Part shown: positions 22,001 to 30,203 of the stretch, one piece after another | Numbering within the stretch: the stretch's first letter is position 1 | Layout of the letters: every line of letters begins with the position of its first letter | From: Caecitellus pseudoparvulus | Taxonomy: Eukaryota; Protista; Bigyra: Bicosoecida | Assembly: GCA_965644315.1 (NCBI GenBank) | Contig: CBFFRQ010000089.1 | Location: 1 to 64,000, forward strand | Length of the DNA stretch: 64,000 bases | Direction of reading: 5' to 3' | Made by a program: the position numbers and the translations under genes | Notes under the pieces: model-generated | Database searches by the model: none | The model's input: only the letters and a program-made list of their open reading frames with translations | What the model was told of the DNA's origin: nothing

Positions 22001-22721
22001 CTTGCTGCTGCACTGCATGTCAGAAACTGACGCTGCACGAGCAATGGCCCGGCCTATTTTACCTGGCATAGATCCACCAATAGGATCAGAGGGACAGAAG
22101 GCAGTTGCAGCGCTGCCCCGTCCGCTCCCCGGGTTTCACGATGTTCCAGGGTGGAGCAGAGTGCCGCCCCCTCCACCCCCACGCGCTCGTTCGACAACGA
22201 GCCCTTCCTCTGACACAAACGATGCCACTGGAGAAAGCCCCGGCTCCGACGTACACTTTCAAGCACCGGTATTGGCGGGCCCTGGGTGGCACAAAGCGGC
22301 TTCGGAGCTGCCGCATGCTGCAGCTGCGGAGAGCGCACCCGCTAGCGATGTGAGTTGGGAGGCGGCGACAGGGTGTCTACAACATGAAGCTTCAGCAAAG
22401 CTTTTTCCCGGAGAGGGAGTAGCACACTTCCCAACCTCCACAGCGGAAGCATTGCTAGCATTGGGCGCCCCGTACTTCATCGCGAGCACAGGGAATGCCG
22501 AGGATGCCGGTCGCTGCCTTCACACTCTTGGCATGCAGGCATTTCTGAATAAAGACCTGGGCGGCGGGCGGCAGAAGTTCGAATGGGCACTGGACGAGGC
22601 AGCGCGTTGGTGGCTGGCCCACACTGACCTGCGCCAGAGAGTGCTGCAAGAGCTTGAGTCTGACGCTCCCCTTGGCGTTGCAACTTCCATCCAGAGCATA
22701 GTCGGAACACTCCTGGACTAG
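19041..22721 (+). CDS. Hybrid sensor histidine kinase (GAF - coiled coil - HisKA - HATPase - receiver)
   Basis: H-box LTHEVKNPLYG; N-box QVLDNYVYNAIKY; G1 VADDGRGL; F LFKPFVQ; G2 GTGLGLAI. Receiver VLVVDD...VCDMSM...ASTGN...FLNK. The start codon is uncertain (first ATG 19143). Confidence 0.93.
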   Translation: MFQPQLLWWTAWIHEHARKRCVGVVPVTFAHPFTMCYSASGAGTPLGALPASLHARQHSESSSFPPPALPGLAPSYSLLLGSSHADSSASGRLHSTSSTTAHGSRRAVTASRSGNLSGTPYTAPPTLPPRLAEVLPAAGGHTPSAPTPDLVSDYGHPPRDESDEWLPRVRPTIVQLGVGVRNVGPAPVLARQWTGNSDQAHQFADRRPWQESGTDIDSPFAQETVSGALRGSEVLPGSGVTREHQLAMLDCIMAVQAAYIDAQPPASLFAPLLQQACTTAGCSFGFLGEAFLRRAPLASQSEHVLEPHAIAVSGGASPPSTATLQLLARPSLQSASLDTMHGPSRDLPSLSNFLCIPLACAGHMVGVLCLGGRPTRFSVAFHDAIAPLSTTAAALLQGFKNRRVEQGLRRRLTSEKQLLDVRVKEATAELRAAQARLQAKNAELVAKHRTLASAKASQQSMFGKLTHEVKNPLYGMKGHVAELVEDAAAPGTNLTPDQAASLAIIQSNMTQISLVVEDILALIKMQTHAMRIRPTFVSMRGMGDMLMAAYSPDARNRGRTLTLELSDSVPPLVLADKQRLRQVLDNYVYNAIKYASKHVKLTISSSSVFKAADVASWRRHARQSSHGSTASQSGVGADDLDTFVVMSSPQPGSPTVSDTASPAQATDSGMDASKHSEFQGWDAPPLSARDVLRMGQKCALSHDLGPTVVAAGDTADAAQTGLDAEYTFLLVQVADDGRGLSPEVAAQLFKPFVQEGDLAGGQVSEAGTGLGLAIVHELAIALKGEAWVVSQPGQGSAFRFLLPVRLPMEQDCPQGQSLLQVSAAAATAGMAMAAPRPHCVLPFRRKAMAPPQHAPAPPASPLADLKPTASARAILATGMCTVLVVDDADVNRRLHVRWLKKMGAPSSSVVQCTNGVSAVEIIWQGWVTSLPHAAERAGVDMTNLREYHERNSLPWLTKPVDIVVCDMSMAPGNGYAVMRELHRLFGCLLLHCMSETDAARAMARPILPGIDPPIGSEGQKAVAALPRPLPGFHDVPGWSRVPPPPPPRARSTTSPSSDTNDATGESPGSDVHFQAPVLAGPGWHKAASELPHAAAAESAPASDVSWEAATGCLQHEASAKLFPGEGVAHFPTSTAEALLALGAPYFIASTGNAEDAGRCLHTLGMQAFLNKDLGGGRQKFEWALDEAARWWLAHTDLRQRVLQELESDAPLGVATSIQSIVGTLLD

Positions 22722-23220
22722 GCTTGATGCCTCTTCTGAAGCGGCGGCACCTTGATCAGAGAACAACAGGGTGCGGTGAATTGTCGATTTCTCTGCAATT
22801 CAAGCACACTCCAAGCTTCGCGCTCTTGGATTTAGCAACCCTTGCCCTCCATCACCTGCACACACTCAGCAACCGTATTCCAAAAAGCAAGTACGCAGCT
22901 TCGTGTCCGATCCTTGTTTAGCACGTTCTCCATGCTCTTTGTGTGCAGGCGCCACTGGAAAAAGAGCAATTCGCTGCCGAGCTTGTACCAATTTCCGCAA
23001 CGAGCGAAGCCCTTGCTTTGGTTCACGGCCAGCTGCTGCCTGCCGAACTCCAGCTGTTGGCTGTGTGATGCGTACTGCAGCACTTCTTAAGTTACCAATC
23101 TAGCCCGCCTCAAGGTCGAAGCTCGCGGAGCCCAGGCAAGGGTGAGCAGTCAGCTCTTTGCGCCCGGCGTCGGCTCATTCCACCACCAAGAGTTGCGGCT
23201 TCTTGCCTACATCACAGAGC

Positions 23221-25209
23221 ATGATTCAAGTTGGACCCGCAAAGGTTGCCGCCATCATAGTGGCAAGTGGCTGCGTCCTTGTGGCGGTTACTCAAGCTTT
23301 CTGGGGGCCCGCATTGCTGACTGGCTCCTCGGAAGTGTCCTCCACTCCTTCGCACACTCGTGTCCCAAGCGGCCCATTCACGCACCTTCCCACGGCACAG
23401 CGAACGCAGTCCCTGAAGTTGTGGCTGGAGACCTTGCCCGATGAGCCGCTTTCCTTGTCCACTCCAGTCCAGGTGTCGGTCTCGGACGGCAAGCCAGCGC
23501 CTCCGCTTGCCCCAGACAAGATCCATGTCCGTGCAATGGCGCTGGCTGTGGACCAGCGCTTCAAGACAGCAGCAGAGCAAGTGCAGTGGGAGGCAGACTT
23601 TCACGCAGAGACTTTCCCTGAGGCCGCCTTGAACTCACCAGGCTGTGCTGTCTCCGCGTTCTTTGCGGTGGCCCCGCTAACAGCAGCAAAGGTGGACGCC
23701 GTCTTCCTTCGCCGGCCGTCAGAGGTGCAACTGTGCGCCCCGCTAAAATCAGCCGATACGATTCCGTGGTGCAGTGGTGCCCCTGGATGTGTCGTGAGTG
23801 GTGGACAGGCGTGCCTGCCTTCAGCGGTAGCAAGCATCGCGCCGTGCACGGAGCACGCAGGAGTGCAGCGGCGCTCCGTCACCGCGCACTTCCCGAACAA
23901 CGACACCTTCCCCGTAGTGGCCACTGTGATCCTCCCTTCCCACCCTGCATCCACGTGTGGGGCGCTGCGCACCTTGGAACAATCTGTGGACCTCCGCCTC
24001 AACATTAAGTTCTTCTTGCCTTGGGTGTGCTACAACGACTGCCCCAAAGGCATCAGTCAATCTGCACTGGCTCCATTTCAAGTGCAGGCGTCTTTGCCTT
24101 GGAAGGCTGCGTTTTCCTCAACAGCTTGGGCGTCCAGCCGGCACGGCATTGTGCGGCAGGCCGCCGCTTGTGTGCAGGATGGCCTTGGACTTTGTCGACT
24201 CACCAGCACTCCCACGCAACCTTCGCTCATCATTGGCAACGGTCCCATTTGGTCCGAGCCCGGAAACCCTCGCGGTGGCGCCCACCCGCGATTGCTGGGA
24301 GATTTACTCTTGCAAGCCTGGCAGGCCCCTGGCTCCGCTCGCGTCATCGGCGTCATGGCATCCCAAGCTGATGAAAGTGCTGCTTACCTCCAAGACTTGT
24401 TGACGCAAGCCATTGACCCTGTGCTGGGTTCAACAGACAGTGGACATATTCCTTTGCCGCCGAAGTGCTCACAGGCCGGCGGCGGCCAGCCCTGCCGCAC
24501 AGTGGACGAGATTCTTGTGGCGTCGGGTGTGCAGTTGGTCATGTCTGTGTGGGACGATCGCGCAGACCAGTTGCGCAGAATGTCACAGAAGGGTCAGTAT
24601 GTGTGGGGGCAACTCATGGGGGTCGCTGCATTCGGGCTGTTTGACTTAGCTGGCTACCTGGATGCAGATGCAGTGGTTGTCATGCCCGGCGCCGAACACG
24701 GGCGGTTGCTCTCCTATCTCCGCGGCATATTTTGGTCTGTGCCCAAGACAGATGGCCTGTGCAGCATTGCATTGCAGCTTGGGAATGTGAAGCTTGCTCC
24801 GGACCCTGAGCGCCACGTGTCCGGCGCAGAGTTGGATGTTGCCTCTGCCCGCTGCTTCCAGTCTGCGTTCGTGGATGCCAACCAGCGCCTGGGCTCGTGC
24901 GTCGGTCTAGCACATGGCAATCCGTTCAGCCGGACAGACATGCTCTTCATGGTAAACTTGCATACCATGGACCACACTTCGTATCCACCACAGCGCCAGA
25001 ATGGCGCACTGACGTTCGCTCAGAGGAGGGAGCAGGGGTTGCCAGTCCTGTACTGGCCGGAGAAGACATGCCAGCGCACCAACCGGGGGTATGAGCCATT
25101 TCCTGGCAAGCAGTTTCACCTTCAACCTCGAGAAAAGGAGCAAACCTGTCTGTGCGGGCCTGGCACTGCCAACAAGGTCGTGTATTTGGACCACCCCGCG
25201 GAAAAGTAA
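23221..25209 (+). CDS. Type II membrane putative glycosyltransferase, GT92-like (paralog 1)
   Basis: N-terminal signal anchor VAAIIVASGCVLVAV. GQYVWGQ...FDLAGYLDADA (DxD) resembles the GT92/DUF23 core. Colinear paralog of 30204-32243. Confidence 0.65.
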   Translation: MIQVGPAKVAAIIVASGCVLVAVTQAFWGPALLTGSSEVSSTPSHTRVPSGPFTHLPTAQRTQSLKLWLETLPDEPLSLSTPVQVSVSDGKPAPPLAPDKIHVRAMALAVDQRFKTAAEQVQWEADFHAETFPEAALNSPGCAVSAFFAVAPLTAAKVDAVFLRRPSEVQLCAPLKSADTIPWCSGAPGCVVSGGQACLPSAVASIAPCTEHAGVQRRSVTAHFPNNDTFPVVATVILPSHPASTCGALRTLEQSVDLRLNIKFFLPWVCYNDCPKGISQSALAPFQVQASLPWKAAFSSTAWASSRHGIVRQAAACVQDGLGLCRLTSTPTQPSLIIGNGPIWSEPGNPRGGAHPRLLGDLLLQAWQAPGSARVIGVMASQADESAAYLQDLLTQAIDPVLGSTDSGHIPLPPKCSQAGGGQPCRTVDEILVASGVQLVMSVWDDRADQLRRMSQKGQYVWGQLMGVAAFGLFDLAGYLDADAVVVMPGAEHGRLLSYLRGIFWSVPKTDGLCSIALQLGNVKLAPDPERHVSGAELDVASARCFQSAFVDANQRLGSCVGLAHGNPFSRTDMLFMVNLHTMDHTSYPPQRQNGALTFAQRREQGLPVLYWPEKTCQRTNRGYEPFPGKQFHLQPREKEQTCLCGPGTANKVVYLDHPAEK

Positions 25210-25500
25210 CGCAGTTTGCTCCAGAAAGGCCCACTCTGACGTGCTTGGAAGTCCAATGACAAGGATCATGACTGATCAGGAGTGAGCAAAGCGTTTCGCC
25301 ACGTCGGCAGGCCGATTGAGGTGTGGGAGAGTCAGAGTGTGCTCCACGCGCACCATGTCAAAGGTGTTCGTGCTTGTCAGTCAAGGTTCTTGTGCCGGGG
25401 CCCATCAGAAGCCAATAAGTTATGCCATTCACTGATCTCTTATTTTGGCCCTTCCGGTGAAGCTTGGCCACCTTGCATGGTGAACGACTAGATGTGCGGC

Positions 25501-28500
25501 TCAGGTGCCCACGAGTGCCTCTGTCGCAAGAGCCCCTAACTCTTGCCAGCAGATCCCAGCAAACAAGCTGTCGGACTCGCTGCCTTCGCTAGTGTCTGCC
25601 AATGCATACTTTGTGGCGACAACGAGACGCTCTGGGAGCCTGCGTGCTCGCTTGCCAGCTGCAAGCATGCGGGCAGCGAGGGAGCAGATGCCCCACCCAT
25701 GCTCGGTCAGCGTGTCGGAAAAGCCCCCAATGTCAAGAAACGCTTCGCGGTTCACAAAGACGGCATCCTCTCGCTGCACTGTGCCAGAGAGGATACTGTC
25801 GCGCCACCCGCTTGCCGGCGCCAGCAGCTCCGTTACGCCTGAGCCTGCGGAGCTTGGCTGGCTGGCATGGCGCAGAGTCCAAGGAGTGAGCAAGTCTGCA
25901 ACATCCTTAGCGTGAGCTCGAAGAAATACGGGCAGCGCACCTGGTGATAACTTGACCCCGTTCAGCAAGAACAAAAGGCTCTCCCCAGTTGCCATGCTGG
26001 CTGCATGGTTCAGGGAGTGCGCCTTGCCTTCAAGTGGCAACTGGACAACGTCTGCGTGCCCTGCTGCGCGGAGTTCAGCGTTCAATCCGTCCCATACTGC
26101 CTGCGTGGCGCCACGAGGAAGCGGATCAATGACAGCTACTTCTGTGGTTGGCGTTGCGTCGTTTAGCACTGACCTCACGGCTGCTTCAGTGATGGCAGGG
26201 TCTGCAACAGCAAGCATCACAACGGTGACCGTTCCAGCAACTTCAGGGGAGGGAGCAGCACCTGACTCGCTTTGAGCATGACTAAATCGAATCAATAACT
26301 CGAGCTTGGCTATGCTCATAGCATTCTGCCGAGCTGGCGCCAGTGCTTCATGGTAGCCCAGGCAATCCAAGCTGCGGCAGCTCTGTATCGCCCTTGCCAG
26401 GCCATACACGCCCGATTCGACGGGGTAAAAGCACCCACAAGTCTCTGCAGCCCTGCTAGATAGCACACTCATGTAGTGTGAAGGTGCAACGACCCGCACG
26501 CCCTGCCGGGCCGCTGCTTGAACCAGCAGGGGCTGGCTCCGGGAGGATGGCAGCAGAACTAGGCGGCCTGATGCTGGGATGGAGACGGGATCGGACAGCA
26601 CCACAGTAAACATATCGTGTTTGAAGCTCTCGTGTGTACCACTCGCCGGGGTGCGGGAACAGCCAGCCTTCAGGAGCAGGTCAACGAGGAGCGGCCGATG
26701 TGCATCCTGCGTGTCCACCAATACAAGCCAAGTCTTTTCACCGGCCAGGGAAGAAACCTTGACGGCGTCAATCAACTGATACAGCTGCAGCTTTGAAAAA
26801 GGGGTGCTTTGCCCGATGACCAAGACATCAGGGGGCAGCTCGGTACTGTCCCTGACTATGAGCTCTGCATGGCTTGACGTTGGAAGGACAAGCGGCACAC
26901 ATGAGTGGTGATCTGAGGCAAATGGGCCCAACCCTACGTCCATCTCATGTTGGCTGTGAAACACTGCCACATCTGCGAGCTTCACCAACTCCACTGCCGT
27001 GGGGAGGAGCAGCGAGCGGGTGTCCCTGCCAGTGTGGGCGACGCCCACATCATCAGCTGGCAGCCAGTGTGCAATGAAAGTGGCTTCAGCAAAGCTAGTC
27101 TGCATCCGCCTCTTCTGCACAGCAACAAACACCCATGGCACCTTGGCGTCAAAATGAACAATGTCGAAGGCTGTACGCTCGAGCCACTCTGCGAGCGCAA
27201 CAGCAGTCGACGAAAAACCCTCGTCTGGCTCAACACTGTCTACGCCTGTGATGCCCCTCCGCAGAACAGATTCCAGCGAGAGAACACTGAGGGAATCTGG
27301 CAATGTTGGAACGCTGGTGAGTGAATGGGTTGCCTGCCGGCCTGAGTCTCCAGCTAGAACCAAGACCACGTGGCTGGTTGCGGAGGCTTCAATTGCAGCC
27401 TGGAGGACGGGGTCCAATGCTGACGCGTGCCCCCACGAGCTCAAGAACACACTCCCTTGTGCAGACACGTAAGCTTCCTCGGGGCGGGCGACCCACTCAA
27501 GACTGTACAGCTCAACCGGCTCAGCAGTGCCGCCCGCACACCGCAACTTGAACGCCCGCATGGCCTGCGTTCCGTGCGGGAAGCGAAGCAGGCTACGTTC
27601 GTGGTCGTCCCGGAAGAAGGGTACCGCAAACCACCTGTGGCCATCTTCTGTTGCGAGCATGTTCAACGCGCTCTCTTCCCTACAGCCACTCCACTTGATG
27701 CGCACGGCTTGCACCAGGCGAAGGTGAAGGAGGTCCAGCCCAACCCAGTCCGTCGCCGCCAGAGGCCTGTGCATGTGCCAAGCAGTCGCATCATCACCAT
27801 CTACAGCGCGGATGAAATGAAACGATCCATGTTCAGGTGCCCAGCCTTTTGCAAAGGGGCTGGTCCGCACAGCTGTAATGCACCAGTTGTCAGAGACAGG
27901 GTCGACGTTCGACATGAAGACAGCTGAGTCGCCGCGGCTAATGGCTTTATGGACCCCGCTTAAACTCTTGCGCGACTTGAAATCTCGCTGGATGGGGCAA
28001 TCATCATTGCCAAGGCACTCCTCCACTATGCGCAGCGCCCGCAACTGGTGCTCGGAGTTCTTCGCGCGGTTGTCCGTGCACGTGCTGCATGAGAACGCGC
28101 CGCTCGTATCCAGGCCCTCTTGGTCAAGCGACTGCTGCACGACAGTGGGCAGCTCATTAAGGAGAAGGCTGAAATACAAGTCTGCGAAGCGCTTCTGCTC
28201 ATCTGTGAAAGCTAGAGCTTCCTGCAGCTCCAGGAACTTGAGCGCCAGGTGCCGTGGCACGAAGGCGCCTGTGCCCAGCCACGTGAAGCCTGTGTGCAGG
28301 TCCGCTGCTATGTCCAGAAAGGACCACTTGCGAGACAGGACCCAGGAGCTGGCATCTGTGCCGACGGTGATGACGTTTTGGTTGGCTGCTGCCAGGGCGT
28401 GTAGGGAGTTCAGGTTTGAGGGCAGGAAGTCGTCGTCGATGATGAAGCAGAGGTCGTTGCGGGCAGCTTGGCAGCCGACGTACTTGGCCTGCGTAAAGAT

Positions 28501-30027
28501 GTTCTTCTGCTGGGCCAGCACCGTGACCTTGCCTTCCAGTGAGACTGCACATGCAGCCTCCTGCAAGGCCTTGGACACGTCCACCTCAAGGCTGTTCTGC
28601 ACCACGATGAACTCTGTGAGAAACGGATAGTTTACTGCTGCCTGGCAGACTACCCTCGCCACATTCTGCAATCGCTTCCAGGCAGTGATGACCAGCGACG
28701 CTGGTTGGCTTTCGCGTTGGCTAGCTGCAGCCGCCAACAAGCGCGTGCGCAGCTCACGCCAAGGCCAGTCCCGGGGCTCAACTGGCACATCCTGCCCGTC
28801 CGCTTTGAGGACCCGGTAGTCTTGGCCAGGGGCAGCGATGGAGAGCTTGGTCCACCTGAGAGGAAGCGTCCCGTTGAAAGCACGACCAGGTAGCTCTGAC
28901 AAGCACTTGTCCCGCATGTTCATCCAGCCACCCTGCTCCGACAGGCCGCCATGCCGCGTCACATCCATGACAGACACCACCTCCCCCTGCACGTGCACCG
29001 GCGGCAGGCCCGACAGACTGGACGCCAGCATGTTCAGGCCGATGTCATCACAGTTGAAGACTTCGTCCACGTACGCCTGCAGCTGCGTGTTTGCGGCGTA
29101 GGCCTCCATGAGGTCCCTGTGGAACACGCTGGCGCCCACCAGCACCATGGAGTAGTGCCCGGACGGCAGCGGGAAGAACGAGTAGGTGACTGAAACACCG
29201 TCATCACTTTCATGGACCATATGAGCTCTTGGCAGGAAGCCAACAATTTGACGGGGGTGGTCCCTCCACGCCCACGTTGCTCTGGACAGAGCCGACTGCT
29301 CGATGCGCAGGTCATCGTCCACCAACACCACAGCATCCGTGTCGATGTGGCGGCGCACCAGGAAACGATTATTCATACTGTTGCGGCGCATGCGAATGAC
29401 ACGCACCGGCACCGTGGCCTCGATCTCGCTGGGATGCGGGGGGGTGACTTGCAGGTTGTTCCACACCACCACGAGCCCGACACACCCAGCGTCCCGGGCA
29501 GCGTCGCCTGCATACCGCGATGCGAAGTCCCGCAGCTGCCAGAGCTTGTGGCGGCCGTAAACTTGAGTGACAATAGTGTACGGTGTCTTGGAGAAAGAGC
29601 CATCGGGGTCTGCCTCTTGCACATCTGAAATGCGTCGATTGAGCCCGGCATCGCATGCGACTGGCTTCCTTTCCGCAGCCGATTCACTCCAAGTGTAGCT
29701 CCCGAGTGAGTTCCTGTGACCCCCCATAAGAGTAAGCACGTACTGCCCTCCTGACGTGGTCAAAAGCACCACCCATACTGCAGCTACGCAGGCGAACGCT
29801 GACAGGGCTGCCATGTAGCGGAATTTGCACGGCGCCCGCAAGGCACAGCTGAATGCTTGGCTCCACAGATGTTTGGAGTTCCGGCAACTCCCCCAGCGCC
29901 AGGTCAGTTGTTTCATGCTTGGAGGTTGGGTGTGTGGCGTTTCCCCTTGGCCCCCCACAGCCCGTTGCCTTCCCTGGTGATGGCACGTATTTGGCAGCTG
30001 GCAGGTGGGAAACACACGGTCAGGCAC
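25501..30027 (-). CDS. Multidomain glycosyltransferase: GT64 (EXTL2-like) + GT-A domain + discoidin-like + degenerate GT domains
   Basis: TM anchor (likely ATG 29814). GT64 motifs NSMNNRF, DAVVLVDDD, IVGFLPRAH, YSMVLVGASVFH and NCDDIGLNM. Second GT-A domain VITAWKR...FIIDDD. AVDGDDATAW (F5/8C-like). GT2-like C-terminus with FLDIGGFSD. Confidence 0.85.
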   Translation of the reverse strand: MPDRVFPTCQLPNTCHHQGRQRAVGGQGETPHTQPPSMKQLTWRWGSCRNSKHLWSQAFSCALRAPCKFRYMAALSAFACVAAVWVVLLTTSGGQYVLTLMGGHRNSLGSYTWSESAAERKPVACDAGLNRRISDVQEADPDGSFSKTPYTIVTQVYGRHKLWQLRDFASRYAGDAARDAGCVGLVVVWNNLQVTPPHPSEIEATVPVRVIRMRRNSMNNRFLVRRHIDTDAVVLVDDDLRIEQSALSRATWAWRDHPRQIVGFLPRAHMVHESDDGVSVTYSFFPLPSGHYSMVLVGASVFHRDLMEAYAANTQLQAYVDEVFNCDDIGLNMLASSLSGLPPVHVQGEVVSVMDVTRHGGLSEQGGWMNMRDKCLSELPGRAFNGTLPLRWTKLSIAAPGQDYRVLKADGQDVPVEPRDWPWRELRTRLLAAAASQRESQPASLVITAWKRLQNVARVVCQAAVNYPFLTEFIVVQNSLEVDVSKALQEAACAVSLEGKVTVLAQQKNIFTQAKYVGCQAARNDLCFIIDDDFLPSNLNSLHALAAANQNVITVGTDASSWVLSRKWSFLDIAADLHTGFTWLGTGAFVPRHLALKFLELQEALAFTDEQKRFADLYFSLLLNELPTVVQQSLDQEGLDTSGAFSCSTCTDNRAKNSEHQLRALRIVEECLGNDDCPIQRDFKSRKSLSGVHKAISRGDSAVFMSNVDPVSDNWCITAVRTSPFAKGWAPEHGSFHFIRAVDGDDATAWHMHRPLAATDWVGLDLLHLRLVQAVRIKWSGCREESALNMLATEDGHRWFAVPFFRDDHERSLLRFPHGTQAMRAFKLRCAGGTAEPVELYSLEWVARPEEAYVSAQGSVFLSSWGHASALDPVLQAAIEASATSHVVLVLAGDSGRQATHSLTSVPTLPDSLSVLSLESVLRRGITGVDSVEPDEGFSSTAVALAEWLERTAFDIVHFDAKVPWVFVAVQKRRMQTSFAEATFIAHWLPADDVGVAHTGRDTRSLLLPTAVELVKLADVAVFHSQHEMDVGLGPFASDHHSCVPLVLPTSSHAELIVRDSTELPPDVLVIGQSTPFSKLQLYQLIDAVKVSSLAGEKTWLVLVDTQDAHRPLLVDLLLKAGCSRTPASGTHESFKHDMFTVVLSDPVSIPASGRLVLLPSSRSQPLLVQAAARQGVRVVAPSHYMSVLSSRAAETCGCFYPVESGVYGLARAIQSCRSLDCLGYHEALAPARQNAMSIAKLELLIRFSHAQSESGAAPSPEVAGTVTVVMLAVADPAITEAAVRSVLNDATPTTEVAVIDPLPRGATQAVWDGLNAELRAAGHADVVQLPLEGKAHSLNHAASMATGESLLFLLNGVKLSPGALPVFLRAHAKDVADLLTPWTLRHASQPSSAGSGVTELLAPASGWRDSILSGTVQREDAVFVNREAFLDIGGFSDTLTEHGWGICSLAARMLAAGKRARRLPERLVVATKYALADTSEGSESDSLFAGICWQELGALATEALVGT

Positions 30028-30203
30028 GGACTGTCATCGAGCTCTGACACGGAGCAGTGGTAGCCCCATAGTCTGGGATATGAGATCCGATGTCATGTTT
30101 CTGAGCTTTTTCATTTGTTCTCCTTGCTGTTTGACTGTGCAGTGATAACCGCTGCTTCAGACTGCTCCCAGGCAAGGAAAGCGTGCCAGGCGCTGCTCAC
30201 CCT

